This document shows positions 15,576 to 16,195 of a stretch of DNA of 16,195 bases, one piece after another. How positions within the stretch are numbered: the first letter of the stretch is position 1; every line of letters begins with the position of its first letter. This DNA is from Nanohaloarchaea archaeon B1-Br10_U2g1 (GTDB taxonomy: Archaea > Nanohalarchaeota > Nanosalinia > Nanosalinales > Nanosalinaceae): contig LKMN01000018.1 in NCBI GenBank assembly GCA_001563875.1, forward strand, positions 1 to 16,195. Reading direction: 5' to 3'. The position numbers and the translations under genes were made by a program. Below the pieces are notes generated by a model that worked only from the letters and a program-made list of their open reading frames with translations, was not told the origin of the DNA and did not search any database.

Positions 15576-16195
15576 GTGTCTAGTAATAAACCTGTTATAA
15601 TATCTTTTGAGGGCTGTGAAGGTGCCGGAAAATCCACTGCTACCGAGATAGCTTCAACTATTTTAAGAGATAAAGGTGCGTCCGTCGAGACAGTAACTCT
15701 TGGTATATACAGATACAGTTTTCCTCTAAACCTTTACCGTTCCTTCAAGAGAATCTTCAGTTCGAAGAAAAGTAACAGTAACTCTTCCGGAGGAAGCTCA
15801 AGCTCCAAATATAGGAAGAGAACCACAGTAAGAAGTCTTGTGCTTCTAGCTAATATGAGATGGCGCCTGTTCAAAACAGAAAGAAGTAAACCCGAATTTA
15901 TTGTTACGGACCGGCACTACGCCGATATCTTCAAACAGTCAAGACCAGACTTTCTAACATTAAAAGCTGTGAAACGTCTCGATAGCTCAGACGAACTAGT
16001 GCTGCTTGAAACAGATCCAGAAACGGTTAAAGAGAGAAGAGATAGCAACCCTGAACTAGTTGAAAAACGGTTTGAACAGCTTGAAAAGTACCTGGAAAAG
16101 ACCGGTATAGAGTATACAAAGATAAGTTCTGAGGATTACAAGGAAACACAGGACAGCATCAAGAAAATCGTTGAAAAGTATTCGGACCGGTTTAA
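15576..16195 (+). CDS. Thymidylate-kinase-like P-loop nucleotide kinase (3' partial; not in ORF track)
   Basis: Manual translation from GTG 15576: MSSNKPVIISFEGCEGAGKSTA...EFIVTDRHYAD...VLLETDPETVKERR..., open for 206 codons to the window edge. The P-loop, the DR motif and the lid-proximal motif are TMK-fold features. Confidence 0.8.
   Translation, partial: MSSNKPVIISFEGCEGAGKSTATEIASTILRDKGASVETVTLGIYRYSFPLNLYRSFKRIFSSKKSNSNSSGGSSSSKYRKRTTVRSLVLLANMRWRLFKTERSKPEFIVTDRHYADIFKQSRPDFLTLKAVKRLDSSDELVLLETDPETVKERRDSNPELVEKRFEQLEKYLEKTGIEYTKISSEDYKETQDSIKKIVEKYSDRF

Noticed and set aside
16193-16195. Terminal TAA as the stop of the TMK-like gene, or a frameshift
   Set aside because: In the coding frame the end reads CGG TTT AA, so the TAA is out of frame and the gene simply runs off the window.
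1-16195. tRNA, rRNA, CRISPR array, transposase or integrase
   Set aside because: The intergenic gaps are short and AT-rich with no cloverleaf or regularly spaced repeats, and no ORF has recombinase or transposase motifs.

Overview
Densely coded, mostly housekeeping archaeal DNA (roughly 40-45% GC by eye, strongly acidic proteins, very short intergenic gaps, TATA-like boxes about 25-32 nt before start codons). This fits a salt-in halophilic DPANN archaeon such as Nanohaloarchaeota, which is an inference. The left half holds a small CPxCG zinc-finger gene missed by the ORF track, a small membrane protein, a secreted lamin-tail-domain protein, a TctA/DUF112 membrane protein, NAC and secF-secD. 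The right half is a protein-glycosylation/surface-glycan locus: aglB, an AglH/GPT-type GlcNAc-1-P transferase, a cupin, an NDP-sugar epimerase, a PfkB sugar kinase, an atypical HAD, a small membrane protein, an RHH-nucleotidyltransferase fusion, folD, a sugar N-formyltransferase and a partial thymidylate-kinase-like gene, also missed by the track. The best candidates for something undescribed are: (1) an RHH DNA-binding domain fused to an apparently dead nucleotidyltransferase, with a perfect 8-3-8 palindrome as candidate operator on the neighbouring sugar operon; (2) a FolD plus formyltransferase module that may formylate the glycan; and (3) a 17-bp direct repeat bracketing the 3.6-kb sugar block. 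No rRNA, tRNA, CRISPR array or transposase was seen.
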